Source of the DNA: Octopus vulgaris
Taxonomy: Eukaryota
Reading direction: 5' to 3'
DNA: 64,000 nt
NCBI GenBank assembly: GCA_951406725.2
Contig: OX597819.1
Span: 81,592,001 to 81,656,000, forward strand
Position numbers and translations under genes: made by a program. The notes under the pieces were generated by a model. The model was not told the DNA's origin. It did not search any database and was given only the letters and a program-made list of their open reading frames with translations. Below, piece by piece: positions 12,237-26,104 of this stretch (the stretch's first letter is position 1; each line of letters starts with the position of its first letter).

Positions 12237-12505
12237 ATGTATACAGTTGCTGTATACATCCGTGAGGTCATCACGGATGTATACAGCAACTCCATCATGG
12301 CTCCTTTCCCTTCTGTCTGTTTGCAGTATGGCATAGTTTGGTACGTGTACTTCTGCGTCCTCTATATCAGGGCTGAGGTGAGTTTCCACGAGTGCTATGC
12401 ATAGGGCTTGATTGCATGCAGTAAGATCTCTCAGGAAAGAAATTTTGTTTCGATTTTGATGCAACAGGCCCCCAATATTTAGTAAAAGTATTGTGGTGAT
12501 GACTG
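12237..12505 (-). mobile_element. LINE (CR1/L2-type) APE endonuclease N-terminal fragment inserted in the PLE
   Basis: LLNIGG..., IALVETHLSPDIEDAEVHVPNYAILQTDRRERSHDGVAVYIRDDL; GC content is higher than in the surrounding PLE. Confidence 0.8.
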
Positions 12506-13050
12506 TGCAGGCATATACGTTTTGTTATTTGAGTTGGATGGTTATGAAATTTACTTAATATATATTCATTATCATTACACCTTTTGTTTATATCTCACTT
12601 TATTAAGGACTAAGTTGTAAAATTCTACATTATTATTGAAGCTCTCTTCATTAGATGCAAGGTATGAAATTCTTCTCGAAATATTTGGAATTAAAGTAAG
12701 TGTTACTGATTTTATTTTTTAAGTTAGCATTAGGTTTATGGTAGGGTTTATGTGTCCCAGTAATAAGATTAAAATTAACAGCTAAAAAGTTGACAGAACT
12801 ATGTTCATTTTCTAAAGTATTAGATAGTCCATAGTTTTTAAAGTACTTATAAAATCTTTTTTATATATAATTCTAATTTTCTATTAGATAGGTCATTTAT
12901 TTTATTTTATTTTATTCTATTTTATTTTTTTATTATCTTATTTTCTTATGAAATATATTAACACCAACACATACATATAAATATATCTTCATTTATTTAA
13001 TCTGTTTTAAAATCTCAACCTGACAACATGCAATCCTTTTGTGTCAATTA

Positions 13051-13154
13051 GCCCTGAAGAGATTTTAATCATATAATATTCTAGATGCAAATTTTATTTA
13101 ATTTTATTTATAAATTTATAATTAGTATTGAGTAAAATTGAAACAATTGTAGGC
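13051..13154 (+). ncRNA. Type-I hammerhead ribozyme, canonical core, long AT-rich stem II
   Basis: GCC/GGC stem I; CUGAAGA 13054-13060; GAUUUUA/UAAAAUU stem II base; GAAAC-AAUU-GUA (palindromic ACAAUUGU); predicted cleavage after 13151. Confidence 0.8.
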
Positions 13155-13316
13155 ATTTTTATTTAACTATATGTTAATAAATTAATTTGTATCTATATAC
13201 TCTACATTTTCTCTTTGATTATCATATTCTACATTTTAAATATACCCATTATATCGATGTGATATTTCTCCATCCCTATAAGAAGAGTGCATGTCCTCAC
13301 AATAGAAAATATAAGC

Positions 13317-13356
<40 letters not shown>

Positions 13357-15343
13357 TACTTGTATGCTGAGGATGCTGCTGTACTCTGTTTCTGAATGCT
13401 GGAGTCAATGTTTCATCAGGTGGTGAAGCAGTTCTGTAGGCATTTTGGTTTCTTCTGCAGCAACGCTGGAGCTGTCATGGCCACTACCCTCTAATGTAGG
13501 CAACACATTTCCCTCACAACAACATGAGCTTTTTTGAGTCAGATGTAGCAACTCTGGGCTAAATATTTCTATCATCTTCAATGCTTAATCTTGCTGCACC
13601 ATTTGTCCTTTCTCTTGAGCTAGATGTAAATTTTCATTTTCCCAGTAGCTTTCTCTTTCAATGCTAATTCAAGGCTCCTGAGCATTGATTGAGCCCTGAT
13701 TTCAACAAATCTTCAAACGCTTATCATATGCTCAACTTAACAAATCCTCACATACTTATCTCTACAGGAAGGCATATTGCCTCCCATCCATTGTTTTCAC
13801 AAAGTTCAGTTAGCTCACTCTATTTTCTGTCTTTCTTGAGGAAAGTGTCCTCTATGTTCACTTCCCAAGGAACTGACATCTCAACCATCTTTACTATCTT
13901 CCTTTCCTTTCGCCACATAATAAGATTGGGCCTTTTGTTGGCAAAAAAAAAAGTAAGTGATATTTACCATCAAGATCCACAAAAACTTCCAAAGTCCTCT
14001 TCCATTTTGAATCATTCTTCTTCTTACAGTGTTCACCTTCTCTGAAAAATTTTATCCTTCTATGCTTCACTAGCGTGGTCTTCAGTGTTGTTAATTTATT
14101 TTACCTTCTTCACCATTGTATTATGTTACCATAAATATCTGTGCTCCTGACCTACTTGGCTACTGGAAAATGTGCTTCATTATTCCAATCCTTCTACATT
14201 AGCATATCATGTTTGCTCTATGCAAAATGATGCATAAAAAAAAAACCCAAAAAATAACTGAACGACACTCAGTACAAGTAAAATATAAAATATATTTTTG
14301 CAAGGAAAAGATTGGAGATTTTAATGTTTTACCAATAATTGACTTCATCAAACTGTCAGCTCTGTAGTCTTTAATACCAGTTATTTGTTTGGTCCATCTT
14401 GTGGGTGGGGTGCAATGCAAGCACAGGTACACAGATGCATTATATAGGTACCAAAATCTGTTCTTGTTTCTTTTACTTTACTTATTCTTTCTTACTATGC
14501 TTTACTAGTTTACTTTTTTACCATTTCCTTTTCTTGCAGAATACAGTTCACTGAGTACAACTTTTTATGATAGTTTCTTTTTTTATGTGTGGATTGTCCA
14601 CATTTTTAATTTTTGTCTACCTCTTGCACCTTTTACATTGTCCAACTGTCCACCTCTTCTCCCCCTTCTTATATTTGTACTAACCTACCTACTTACTTAT
14701 CCATGCACAAATAAACATACATATCTATATACATACACATATGCATTTACACACACACACACACACACACATGCACACAAACAAACATACAAGATGTGAA
14801 TGTTTCCTAAGAGCAGTTAAGCTGGATGAAGACATGCGTGCTTAGTGATTAGAGTGATCTTGTAGAGTTCTTTGATCATCTCCTGTATCAGAAGGAGTGT
14901 ATGACTCATATACTTATACATTTTGTATACTACACATCTTATTCATCTCATGTCTCCATGTTGCTCTTTTTTCTTTGCACATTTTTATATAATCTCCCAT
15001 ACAAATTATAACATCTATTTTAACCTACCCCTCACTTAATGTCCTATGGAAAATAAAAGAAATCTTCATCATGATTATTAATATTAATAATTACTATTAT
15101 TAATATTAATATTATTAATATTAATATTAAACAGTATTACTAATACTGACCTTGTTTAGGTCTGTATTAAGACTGACCTTGTTTAGCTCTAACATGTCTT
15201 CCTTAATTTCCATTTATCAGTTTATTTACATCAAATGCTCTTCCTGGAATATCAATCAACATCTTCATCTGACTTTCAAATCTTTATATTTTACTGCAAT
15301 GGTGAAAGAAATAAAAAAAAGACGAAAAAAATGGAAAAAAAAT

Positions 15344-16334
15344 AAGGCAGTGAGCTGGCAGAAACGTTAGCATGCTGGGCAAATTACATAGCGGTATTTC
15401 GTCTGCCGCTATGTTCTGAGTTCAAATTCCGCTGAGGTCGACTTTGCCTTTCATCCTTTCGAGGTCAATAAATTAAGTTCCAGTTATGCACTGGGGTTCA
15501 ATGTAATCGACTTAATCCATTTGTCTGTTTTTGTTTGTCCCCTCTGTGTGTTAATACTGTTACTATAATAATTTCCAAAGTGGCAAAATTATGTGTGTAT
15601 GTGTGTGTGTCATCATTATCACATGTCCATTTTCCATGCTGGCATAGATTGGATGGTTTGACAAGCTGGCTAGGTAGAAGACTGCACCAAGCTTTACTGT
15701 CCGTTTTGGCATGGTTTTTGTGGTTGGGTACCCTTTCTAACACCAACTGTATATATAGTGTGCTGGACAAAGTGCTTAGCAGCATTTTTCTGGTTCTTTG
15801 CACTGGGAGGGGGTGGGGCAATGTAATCAACTTCTCCCTCCCTTCAAATTTGCTGGCCTAGTGCCAAAATTAGAAGGAATTATTATTTTTATTAGTAGCA
15901 TTAAGGTGAAAAGGCAGTTAGCTGGCAGAATTGTTAGCATGCTGGATGAAATGCTTAACAGTATTTCACCCATTGCTATGTCCTGAGTCCAAATTTCACC
16001 GAGGTCAACTTTGCCTTTCATCCTCTCAGGGTCAATAAAATAAGTACCAATTGAACACTGGGGTCAATGTAATCGACTCGACCCCCTCCCCCCAAATTGA
16101 TGCCCTTGTGACAAAATTTGAAACCATTATTACTATTAAGGTGGTGAGCTGGCAGAATGGTTACCACACCTGGTAAAATGCTTTGCAAAATTTCTTCCAG
16201 TCTAAGTTCTAAGTTCAAATTCTGTCATAATCATCTTTGCCTTTCATCCTTTCTAGGGTGATAAAATTAGTGCCGGTTAGGCATTGAGGCCTTCTCTAAA
16301 ACTGCTTACCTTATGACAAATTTAGGATGAATTA

Positions 16335-16389
<55 letters not shown>

Positions 16390-16610
16390 GGCAGCGAGCT
16401 GACAGAATTTTTAGCATGCCAGGTGAAATGCTTAGGGGTATTTTGCCAGTCACTACATTCTGAGTTCAAATTCCACTGAGGTTGACTTTGCTTTTCATCC
16501 TTTCGAGGTCAATAAATTAGGTACCAGTGAAACACTGGGGTCAATGTAATTGACTAGTCCCCTCCCCCAAAATTGCTACCCTTGTGTCAAAATTTGAAAT
16601 CATTATTATT
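15344..16610 (+). mobile_element. Cluster of four head-to-tail SINE family A copies (about 15344, 15911, 16138, 16388) with an RTE-tail-like piece (15610-15770) and (TTA)n
   Basis: Repeated AAGGYRGTGAGCTGGCAGAA...TTTGCCTTTCATCCT...GGGGTCAATGTAATCGAC units. Confidence 0.85.
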
Positions 16611-16673
16611 ATTGACACATCTTAGAAGAACAGGATGGAGTAAGTGGAGCAAGTACTCACACGAAAATGAAAA

Positions 16674-16719
16674 GTGTCACTGAAGAGGCCACAGATGTGT
16701 GAGGAAAGATTTCTGAACA
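16674..16719 (+). ncRNA. Degenerate hammerhead-like motif
   Basis: GUCA-CUGAAGA-GGCCACAGAUGUGUGAG-GAAA-GAUU-UC-UGA; stem II base is mismatched. Confidence 0.4.
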
Positions 16720-16842
16720 TTGGACATGAGTTCAAATAATAAAATAAGAACAGTAATAAACGAGTGAAGAAAAATATATAGTGTGTGTGTTTATTTGGTG
16801 AAAAGAAAAGAAAATGACCATCCCAAAATACAACAATATATG

Positions 16843-16876
<34 letters not shown>

Positions 16877-16892
16877 TGTATGTATGTATATC

Positions 16893-17202
16893 ACCGTGAT
16901 CCCCGTGACCGCCCAGGCTATCAGATGTTGTTACACATCGCTGGTCACAATGCTCTTCACATTGTTTTAGCCTTCAAATGACGCCACCCCGCTGGCTAAG
17001 TGAGCAGGCCAACAGAAGAAAGAGTGAGAGAAAGTTGTGGCGAAAGAGTACAACAGGGGTCGCTACCACCCCCTGGCGGAGCCTCGTGGAACTTTAGGTG
17101 TTTTCACTCAATAAACACTCACAACACCCAGTCTGAGAATTGAAACCACGATCCTAAGACTGCGAGTCCGCTGCCCTAACCACTGGGCCATTGCGCCTCC
17201 AC
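16893..17202 (-). mobile_element. tRNA-derived SINE family B (alternative 3' body)
   Basis: Minus-strand head GGAGGCGCAATGGCCCAGTGGTTAGGGCAGCGGACTCGCAG...GGTTTCAATTC. Confidence 0.8.
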
Positions 17203-17233
17203 ATGTATGTATATATGTATGTATATATGTATG

Positions 17234-17268
<35 letters not shown>

Positions 17269-17555
17269 ACACACACACACACACACATACGACTATGTGT
17301 GTTTGTCTATGTATTTGTTCTTCATTACTGCTTGACAATTGGTGTTGGTTTGTTTATGTCCCTATAATTTAGTAGTTTAGTTAAAAAGACCGATAGAATA
17401 AAAGGTTTCTAAAAGATGTCTTGGGATTGATTTGTTTGACTAAACCCCCTTAAAGTAGTGCCTCAGCACAGCCATAGTCCAATGATTGACTCAAGGTAAA
17501 GGTAAAAGATGAAAGAACCCCCTCCTTAAAACATTTCAAGACTTGTACCCATATT

Positions 17556-17765
17556 GGTTTCAAATTTTGGCACAAGGCCAGCAATTTTAGAGGAGAGCTA
17601 AGTCAATCACATCGACCCTAGTGCTTAACTGGTACTTATTTTATCGACACTGGAAGGATCAAATTCAAAATCGACCACAGTGGCATTTGAACACAGAACG
17701 TAAAGTCAGAAGAACTGCTAAGCAATTTTTCCAGCACAGTTACAATTCTGCCAGCTCACCATCTT
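17556..17765 (-). mobile_element. SINE family A copy
   Basis: Ends ...TTCTGCCAGCTCACC (reverse complement of the family A head). Confidence 0.7.
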
Positions 17766-18057
17766 CAGCCTTGTGCCTATATTGGAAATAATTATTAAGC
17801 AATGCCTTTCATTCAGTGCTTGGAAATATGATGATCTCAAAACAATATAGCTAGAATAAAGCAATTGTTGATAATTGAAAAATAGATAATTGGGTGTATA
17901 GAATTTTAAAATAATTACAATCCAAAAATGTTATTTTGTTGTTTATCTCTATGAATGAATGAATGAATGAATGAATGAATGAATGAATGAATGAATGAAT
18001 GTATGTATGTATGTATGTATGTATGCATGCATGCATGCATGCATATATGCATGCATG

Positions 18058-18091
<34 letters not shown>

Positions 18092-20660
18092 TGTATGTAT
18101 GTATGTTATATTCTCTTGTTAGTGCTATAAATGATTACATTTTTTTTTAATATTTTGAGCTACCTTATTTTGAGAAAATCTTTTCTGAAATATCCTTGTA
18201 ATATTATAAGCCAGCCAAATAATGAAACTGGAGCTAGTTTTCACTAATATGGTCAACCAATCAAGAAAATAGAGACATTCTTTTCCCCAGTTCCAGCTTT
18301 GAAAATAGCTAACCATTTATAGCTGATCAGTAGGGTAGATCTGTTTTATATACTCTATTTCACAATGTGTTATAGCAAAATCTCATTTTCATTTCTATTT
18401 TCTACTGAAAATTAGGATCCCTACTGTTTTATCTTTACTTATTAACCTGTAATCAGGCAGTTCAATGTTACATTCACCAAGACTGCAATCTGAAATATTA
18501 CCAAAATATTACCTATTATCAATATAGACACCATCTATGAAATGATGTTTACAGAAATATTTCCTATGACTTTATTACAAGCTATTTTGTCTTTTACCAT
18601 ACTGACAACAAACAATTTTGGCATAAAATGCATTCCCATTCCAAGAAAAATCTCTTTCTTTATGCATTCATGTATGAAATTGTTATTGCAAATAGTCTGC
18701 TGATCACTGAATATTTCCGTAATGACATAAAAAGTAAAAGAATTTTGTACCATATCATGAAGAATTCTTCAACTTTTCTCATATACTAGTTTGCAAAAGC
18801 TATGATTCAGTTCCTTAATATTCTTTCTCAATAGGAATAAAAGAATAAAATCATAAAGTCCAATAACTCTGTGAGGTTCTATTATTTCATGACCAAGTAA
18901 GCAATAAATGACAATTAGAGACTTAATGTCTCATGTGACACAATTTGAAATAAGTTATTATTTATTTGTTGGTTTGTTTACTTCAGTAACTACAGTTAAA
19001 CCGTAATTGCATTGAAAATCTTATTGCTGTGTCAGAAAGTCCTTTCAGTAATAATACAATATTTGTGTTTTTTATTCTGTATCTTATCATTTTCCTATTA
19101 TTGTTACCATGACTGTGATTTTTTTTTTTTGTGAGTTGTTGGTTTATCTAATAGCTACATAGGATTTCTTTTGCAAAGATTTGGATAAAGATTATTTCTG
19201 AAAATTTTCATTTATGCTTATTTATATATTTATTCATTTATTTATTTATTTATTGATTTATTGATTTATTTATTTATTTATTTTACTGTTTGGTAGAAAA
19301 AAGCCACTTTCTACCTAATTGATAGCAAGAAAAAAATATTGTTAGATAATTGTTTACTGTGAGCACATACATATGTGTTTGTGTGAATGTATCGGATGAT
19401 GGGTGAGACTGTGTGTGTGTGTGTGTGTGTGTGTAAGAGTGCATACAGATGTTTGTGTATCATTATCTGCCTAATTCTCAAAGTGAATCAATCTCTGTTG
19501 CCATATCTGTATGTGTGGTTATTTTCAAGTGTTTGCTCATATTAAGATTTCTGTTTGTTAGTAGTTAAAACTGACAAAATATATATTCTGATTAAAGGTG
19601 TGGTGGGATGCATGGTGTCTGGGGCTGCAATATTATAACTTAGAAATTACCTATAAAGAAATCCAATTCGAAGCATCTCTATCTTTTACCTGTTTCAGTC
19701 ACTAGACTGCGTCCATTCTGTGGCACTGCCTTGAAGAGTTTTAGTCAAACAGATTGATGTCAGTACTTATTTTTTCTTTAAAGTCTGGTAACTTATTCTA
19801 TCAGTTCCTTTTGCTGAATCTCTATGTTATACGCACATAAATGAGCCAACACCAGCTGTCTAAGATTTGGGGTGGGAGGGACAAACAGACACAATGATAC
19901 ATACACACACACACACACAACACATGTGCAGATATACAACAGGTTTCTACAAAGTTTCTGTCTCCCAAATTCATTCACAAAGCTTTGATCAGCTAGGACT
20001 ATAACAGAAGGCACTGAATGTGAAACCACAAATTCCTTTTACCGAATTTCACTCAACTGTTTGGAACCTTCTAAGGCTATGGCAAAATACATTTGCTCAA
20101 GGTGTCACTCTTACTACTTAAGCTCTTCACTCCCTACAGACCACAGGCCATTGACAACTTCTCTCCATTATTCTCAAATATGAACTGTCTTTTCTGCTTC
20201 TTTCCAGTTGGATCCCTGCCTTTTTTTTTAACCCTTGCTTCAGTACCCACATTCCAGCTATATTTAGGCAAACCTTTTACCTGCCTCTTTTCTAGGTCAG
20301 AGGCTAACATGTAATGCTGGATGTTCTTTCAGAATTTTGCTGCAACACACTACATGTTTCTACGAGCTCTTCCAGCTCTTGTGGGCTTTGAATTGTCATT
20401 AATACTTCTGTAACTTCGCCTTTTTCTATGAATAGGTGTTGAGCCAATTTTTACCGCTGTAAGATATTAGATTAGCCTTTGTTCTTTGATCTGTCCAGCA
20501 TGCGAGGACCTACCAGGGGTTTACATTCTGCTACATTACATTCAGAATTATTGAGGCACATAAGCCACTACAACTGGACCCTTGATGGAAGGTGTTGCAC
20601 AGTGAGTCAAAACACAGAACTTCATGCCTGCAAAGTGAACATTTAAACCAATCAACCATG

Positions 20661-21079
20661 CAGGGCTGGATAAAAACCCATAGAGGGCCATAAGCACTTA
20701 AAAGAATTTGGTGCCCCCATATATATGTAATTCAGGATATAAACAATTACAAACCATAAAATAAATTTTTATTTTACAAAATGAAACAAACCAGTAATAT
20801 GGAAAATAATGTTTATTTTTGTATACTTCCACTTTATTTATATTTGAAAAGTTTTCTCCTACTTGTTTTAATTGCACAGTCTTTGATCAGATCCTCACCA
20901 TGACATCATGAACACTTTGAAATTATATTTCTAATCATATAAACCACTTCAAATATTATTTTAGAAAGTTTAAAGTAATTTCTTTTGTGCTGTAAACCAT
21001 TAGTCATTTCTGTGATGTCCCCCTTTCCCTTGATACTCTAAGTACATGCTTATTTTGCTTAATGGTTAATACAGCCCTG
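20661..21079. mobile_element. hAT-like non-autonomous DNA element (MITE)
   Basis: TIRs CAGGGCTGGATAAA / TTAATACAGCCCTG; 8-bp TSD CAACCATG / CAGCCATG. Confidence 0.7.
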
Positions 21080-23753
21080 CAGCCATGCCTACAATGGTGT
21101 ATGCATATATGTGCATACACATACTGAGCAACATACAGATTGCATCCTATACAATAAAACTACTGTATGTCCAAGTACAGAGTTTAATCCACTTGTAGGT
21201 GAAGGCTTGAAATATCTGTAATGAAAGACCTGCAAATTGCTGCCCACTATTATTATTCAACTGAGTCTTAAGATTGCATTGCTCTGTAAAATCAAGGCTG
21301 ACTTGAGATTGAAAGACAGTTCAAAAACATAGTTTTGTTTCTCAGTGGTTATGCTGACAACCACACACAAATGAGGATAGACAATGACAGTTATACACAC
21401 ATGTGCTTCTTTCAGTTTCATCTATCAAATCTACTCAAAAGGCTTTGGCTACAGTTCAATGGCTGAAATAAGTATATATAAACACACACACACACGCGCA
21501 CGCATGCGCATACGCACATGCGCATGCATGCGCATACGCACACACACATAATGGGCTTCTTTCAGATTCCTTCTACCAAACCCACTCACAAGGCTTTGGT
21601 CAGCCCAAGGCTATAGTAGAAGATGCTTGCAGCAGGACTGAACCCATGACCACATGTATGGGAAGCAATCTTCTTAACTACTCAGCCATGTCTTTACCTA
21701 CATATATATATGCATAATATAACAAATAGGCTTCTGTACTTATGTGTGTACTTGAGATTTATTTATAAACATCAGCAAGAAAATTGGAAAAAATATTTTT
21801 TTATGGACGTAGTTCCTAACCTCAGATGGGCACTTTCTGGTTACTCTCACTATTAGAAATGCAATGACCAAATAATTAGCCCATTGGAAACCCAATGCTG
21901 GTGTTCAGAAAATATGATACACAATAAATAAACATAAAGTTACATTTTATATTATCAAGCATTTTGGAAAACCCAAAGATTACTTGTGTTAAACTGTTTT
22001 GGCACTCCAAAAGTTTCAAATATTCATTCAAAACCAGAACTACAATGGTAGCAGTAGTAGTGGCAGTGGTAGCAACAATGGCAGTGATGGCAGAAGTGGT
22101 GGTGGCAGCAGCAGCATCTGCAGTATTTTCATCAGCAGTGGCATCCTTATTTTCATCGTCATCAGCACAGCATTGTCATCATTTTACATCTACTTTCCAA
22201 TCTAGCATGGGTTGGATGAGTCATGGCAATCCAAGATAGTTTTTATTTGGAATGACTATTTTCCTAGATGGATCATAGTTTGACATCTTTTATTCATTCC
22301 ATTTTTGGCTTGTTTCTAACAACCATTTTACACAGTGTAATTGATGCATCTTATTGTGATGTTATCACTTCTGAGGCTATCATGTCCTCAACAAGACTGA
22401 AAGTCCCCTTACATTGTCTCTGCTCCTACACCAGCCACTTTACAGAGTTAAGCTGGTGGAACCTTATTGATGATTTTATCTTTATGTAGGCATAGGCAGA
22501 ACCTTTTCCCATATAACAACACTCCACATTCCCTGAACTTCACCCACCCAAGTCTCACTCTTGCTATCACAGCTGCTTCACATCCACTACTTACATCCAC
22601 CCTAAGTAGTGCTCATAAAGGGATAGCCTGGCTTATAATTATCTCCTCAATTTATATTTATATACATGAGAAACATGCCTAGCTGTGACATGTTGCTTGA
22701 AAACAAGTGAGAGTTGGTGACAGGAAGGGCACCCAGCTGTTGAATATTGGCCTCAATATATTCTGTCTGGCCCATGCAAGTATAGAAAAGTGAACGCTAA
22801 ATGGTGATGGTGCAATGTATCTATGTCAAGAGAGTCAATATGATGGCATTCATACTTTTCCAGAATAAACCTATGGGAGATTTGATCTTAGAAAATATCA
22901 TTTATTCTCTAGTATGGAACTGCATTGTTCTGTGGACCTATTTACAGCTGATCACAGGGAAATATCTTTGTCAGATACAAACTAGAGTAGTATTAACAAA
23001 ATACAAACACTCAATCATTTGGATCATAGATCAACACTATATCAACTCAGTGAATTGCAACTCTCTAATGATATTAAGTAGCTGTAAAACAACATTACTT
23101 ATCATCCGTCAGTTTCTATACAAGAGCAGAAAAGACATTAAAAGATAATACTTTATTGTCTACACATCAAGGATATCTCTTTTCGTAGACCACACATATT
23201 CTCAACATAAAAGTTAAATCTATTCTAAATATATCAGAAATGTGATTTAGCTTAGAGTAAAAGTTCTGAAGTCAACCGACCGTGAAACAGTATTTCCTAC
23301 AAAAGAAGTGAGGTACTGCTATGAGCTTAAGAATGGAGTTTAAAATGTCAGGGGAAATGAAATTAAAAATAACTGCTTTGGAACAAGGAAGTAAATAGAA
23401 TAAATGTTAAAAAGAAAAAGAAAAAAAAAAGACAAAGAAAGATATCTAACTTAATAGTATTACTTCACAAAATTACCTTTAAAACTATTTTGTATAACTC
23501 TTCTGTCCTTCCACTCCAAGAAAGACCTGATTGGCAAAAGGAATACACATTTCTTTGCATTCACACATCACCATATATGAATGTGTGTGTGTGTGTAGAC
23601 AGACAGACAGATCAATAGATAGAGAGATAGGTAGGTAGGTAGGTAGTGTGTGTGTACGTGTGTGTGTGAAAGTAAGTATAAATTAACAAATGCTGTGTTT
23701 TTATGTTACAAATTCTTGTCATCATTTCAAGATGTATTTTATGTCTTTTATGT

Positions 23754-24121
23754 GGTACTCCATCGGTTACAATGACAAGGGTTCCAGTTGATCCGATCAA
23801 CGGAACAACCTGCTCTTGAAATTAACATGTAAATGGCTAAGCACTCCACAGACACATGTACCCTTAATGTAGTTTTCGGAGAGATTCAGCGTGACACGGT
23901 GTGTGACAAGGCTGGCCCTTTGAAATACAGGTACAACAGAAACAGGAAGAAAGAGTGAGAGAAGTTGTACAGCAGGGTTCGCCACCACTCCCTGCCAGAG
24001 CCTCATGGAGCTTTAGGCGTTTTTGCTCAATAAACACTCACAACACCCAGTCTGGGGATCGAAACTGTGATCCCACAACCACAAGTCTACTGCCTTAACC
24101 ACTGGGCCATTGCGCCTCCAC
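23754..24121 (-). mobile_element. tRNA-derived SINE family B, full length
   Basis: tRNA-like head on the minus strand; 13-bp TSD ATGTCTTTTATGT at 23741-23753 and 24122-24134. Confidence 0.85.
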
Positions 24122-24559
24122 ATGTCTTTTATGTATATCATGTGTGTGTCCATGAATTCAGTTTTTAGTACTTGCATAGATAAGAGACATTGTGTCTTGC
24201 AGATGTGATCATGGTTATTTAATTCAATTGGGAACTAGATTGTACAGTTCATATTGCTATAGCAGTATTACTTAGATGTTTTGAGGGTACTGCAGCCTAT
24301 GTAATTACAAGCATTTTAACATGAAGGAATACATAAGCCTAAAAATAGAGCCTTTGCTTAAGGAGATGCATTCTTTTTGTAACTGATATATGTTGATTTT
24401 ATTTTGTGCCTATTTCTACTAAGTTAATCTGAAAACAGGATCTTATGTTCATAATATAATCATTTTGGTTATAACCACTGTTATCTGTGGAACCATTTAA
24501 GACTTACAAAATAGAAAGTGCTAGAAATAAAATTTGCAAATTAGAATTTAATACCACAG

Positions 24560-24684
24560 ACACAGGCATTGCTGTGTGGTAAGAAGCTTACTTCCCAGCC
24601 ACATAGTTCTAGGTTCAGTCCCACTGCATGGTACCTTTGGCAAGTGTCTTCTACTATAGCCTCAGGCCAACCAAAACCTTGTGT

Positions 24685-24725
<41 letters not shown>

Positions 24726-24935
24726 TGTATGTCTTTCTCTCTGTGTTTGTCTAGTATTGGTTTGGTGTGTTTATATCCACGTGATTAGAAGTTCAGCAAA
24801 AGAGACCAATAGAATAAATATGAGGCTTTAAAACAGATAAGTCCTGGAATCAATTTTTTTGGCTAAAAGCCTTCAAGGCAGTACTCCAGCATGGTTTCAG
24901 TCAAATGGCTGACACAAGTAAAAGATAAAAGATTA
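24560..24935 (+). mobile_element. SINE family C copy with (TG)n
   Basis: GCTGTGTGGTAAGAAGCTT...GGTTCAGTCCCACTGC head and AAGTAAAAGATAAAAGA tail. Confidence 0.8.
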
Positions 24936-26104
24936 AAGAAATAACTTTCCATCTTTGTAATCAGCCTAGATCCACACACACAGTCCTTAAACAAAAGAAG
25001 CTATTTCTGAGAGTGAGCTTTATCTTTTGCAACAGATATTAGTATAAATCTTCAAGTAGAAGAAATGATAATTGTAAGTTATAATATTTGAATATTTCAT
25101 CACAAAATTTCTAGAAGTACATTTGAATTTTTTTCTTGATGAATTGTTTTGCAATGAAAAAACATTAACAATGCAAGAATAAAAATAAGCTATACACAAC
25201 GATAGATAAGTCTTTCAAGCAACAAAATTATTGTTTAGCATTCCTAATACTACATGTAGATGATTTAAAAGATGCAGCTTCCAGTGTAATAGATATAAAG
25301 AAAACAGTTCATTTTCTTATTTTTTCAAATTGTAAATCTATATTAACTGTATGAGGTGTCTGACCTAGTGGACAGGGTGTTGCACTCATGATTGCAAGTT
25401 TGTGGTTTTCATTCCTAGGTCAGCAATGTGCTTTGTTCTTGAGCAAAACACTTCATTTCACATTGCTCTAATCTGTTCAGCTGTAAATAAGTAATGCTAT
25501 GACATAGCATCCTATTCAGTGGGCATGTTGGCTAGCCCACCAAGCCTGTAAATAGGTATCACTTGAAAGCTACAACAATGCAAGGAAGCATATAACAACA
25601 TCCTCTGTGTGGCCCAAAGTTCAAAGATCATGCTTCACCACCTTATCCCCTGTCTTCTTGGGTCTACCTCTACCATAGTTTCACCTCTACAGTTAGAGAT
25701 CAGCACTTCTTTACACAGCTGTCTTTGTCCATACACATCACATGACCATACCAGTGCACACCACATCTGATGCCTCTTATGTTTGGTCAATACAAGGAAA
25801 TTAATTGCATAATAACATATGGTGTTCAGTGGAGGACAGTTAATGTAAGGGAGATAATGATTACTCCCATAGTTTAAGTAACATATCTAGTTTTGGACAT
25901 TACTTGCTATGGCACTGGTACAGAATAAAAGGAAAGATACACAACAGCAGTTTCTAGTTACCTCTTTTAGGAAAGAATAAAACCCAAATTTTAAAATTCG
26001 ATTTAATGGAAGATGTTATGAGCATTTTTGATGCAGTCAGAAACCAAATTTCAGACTTAAGTGGCATGACTCAGTACATCAACTTTCCATGGTTTGTCAC
26101 AATA

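Larger units (their letters stand above)
10655..13320 (-). mobile_element. Penelope-like retroelement (5'-truncated) with inverted pseudo-LTRs
   Basis: Minus-strand RT-thumb remnant SVNFLAVNFNL...KPYHKPN (about 12730-12800) and GIY-YIG ORF 11581-12132. A ~270-bp inverted repeat (10660-10930 vs 12930-13213) carries hammerheads. Confidence 0.85.

Noticed and set aside
21964-22239. Ala/Val- or Gly/Ser-rich ORFs
   Set aside because: Degenerate (GCA/GTG/GTA) trinucleotide tract adjoining an RTE-like tail; no splice or domain evidence.
22840-23300. Possible decayed PLE RT remnant and CTGAAGT...GAAACAGTA motif
   Set aside because: Motif resemblance too weak; core and stem I do not fit.
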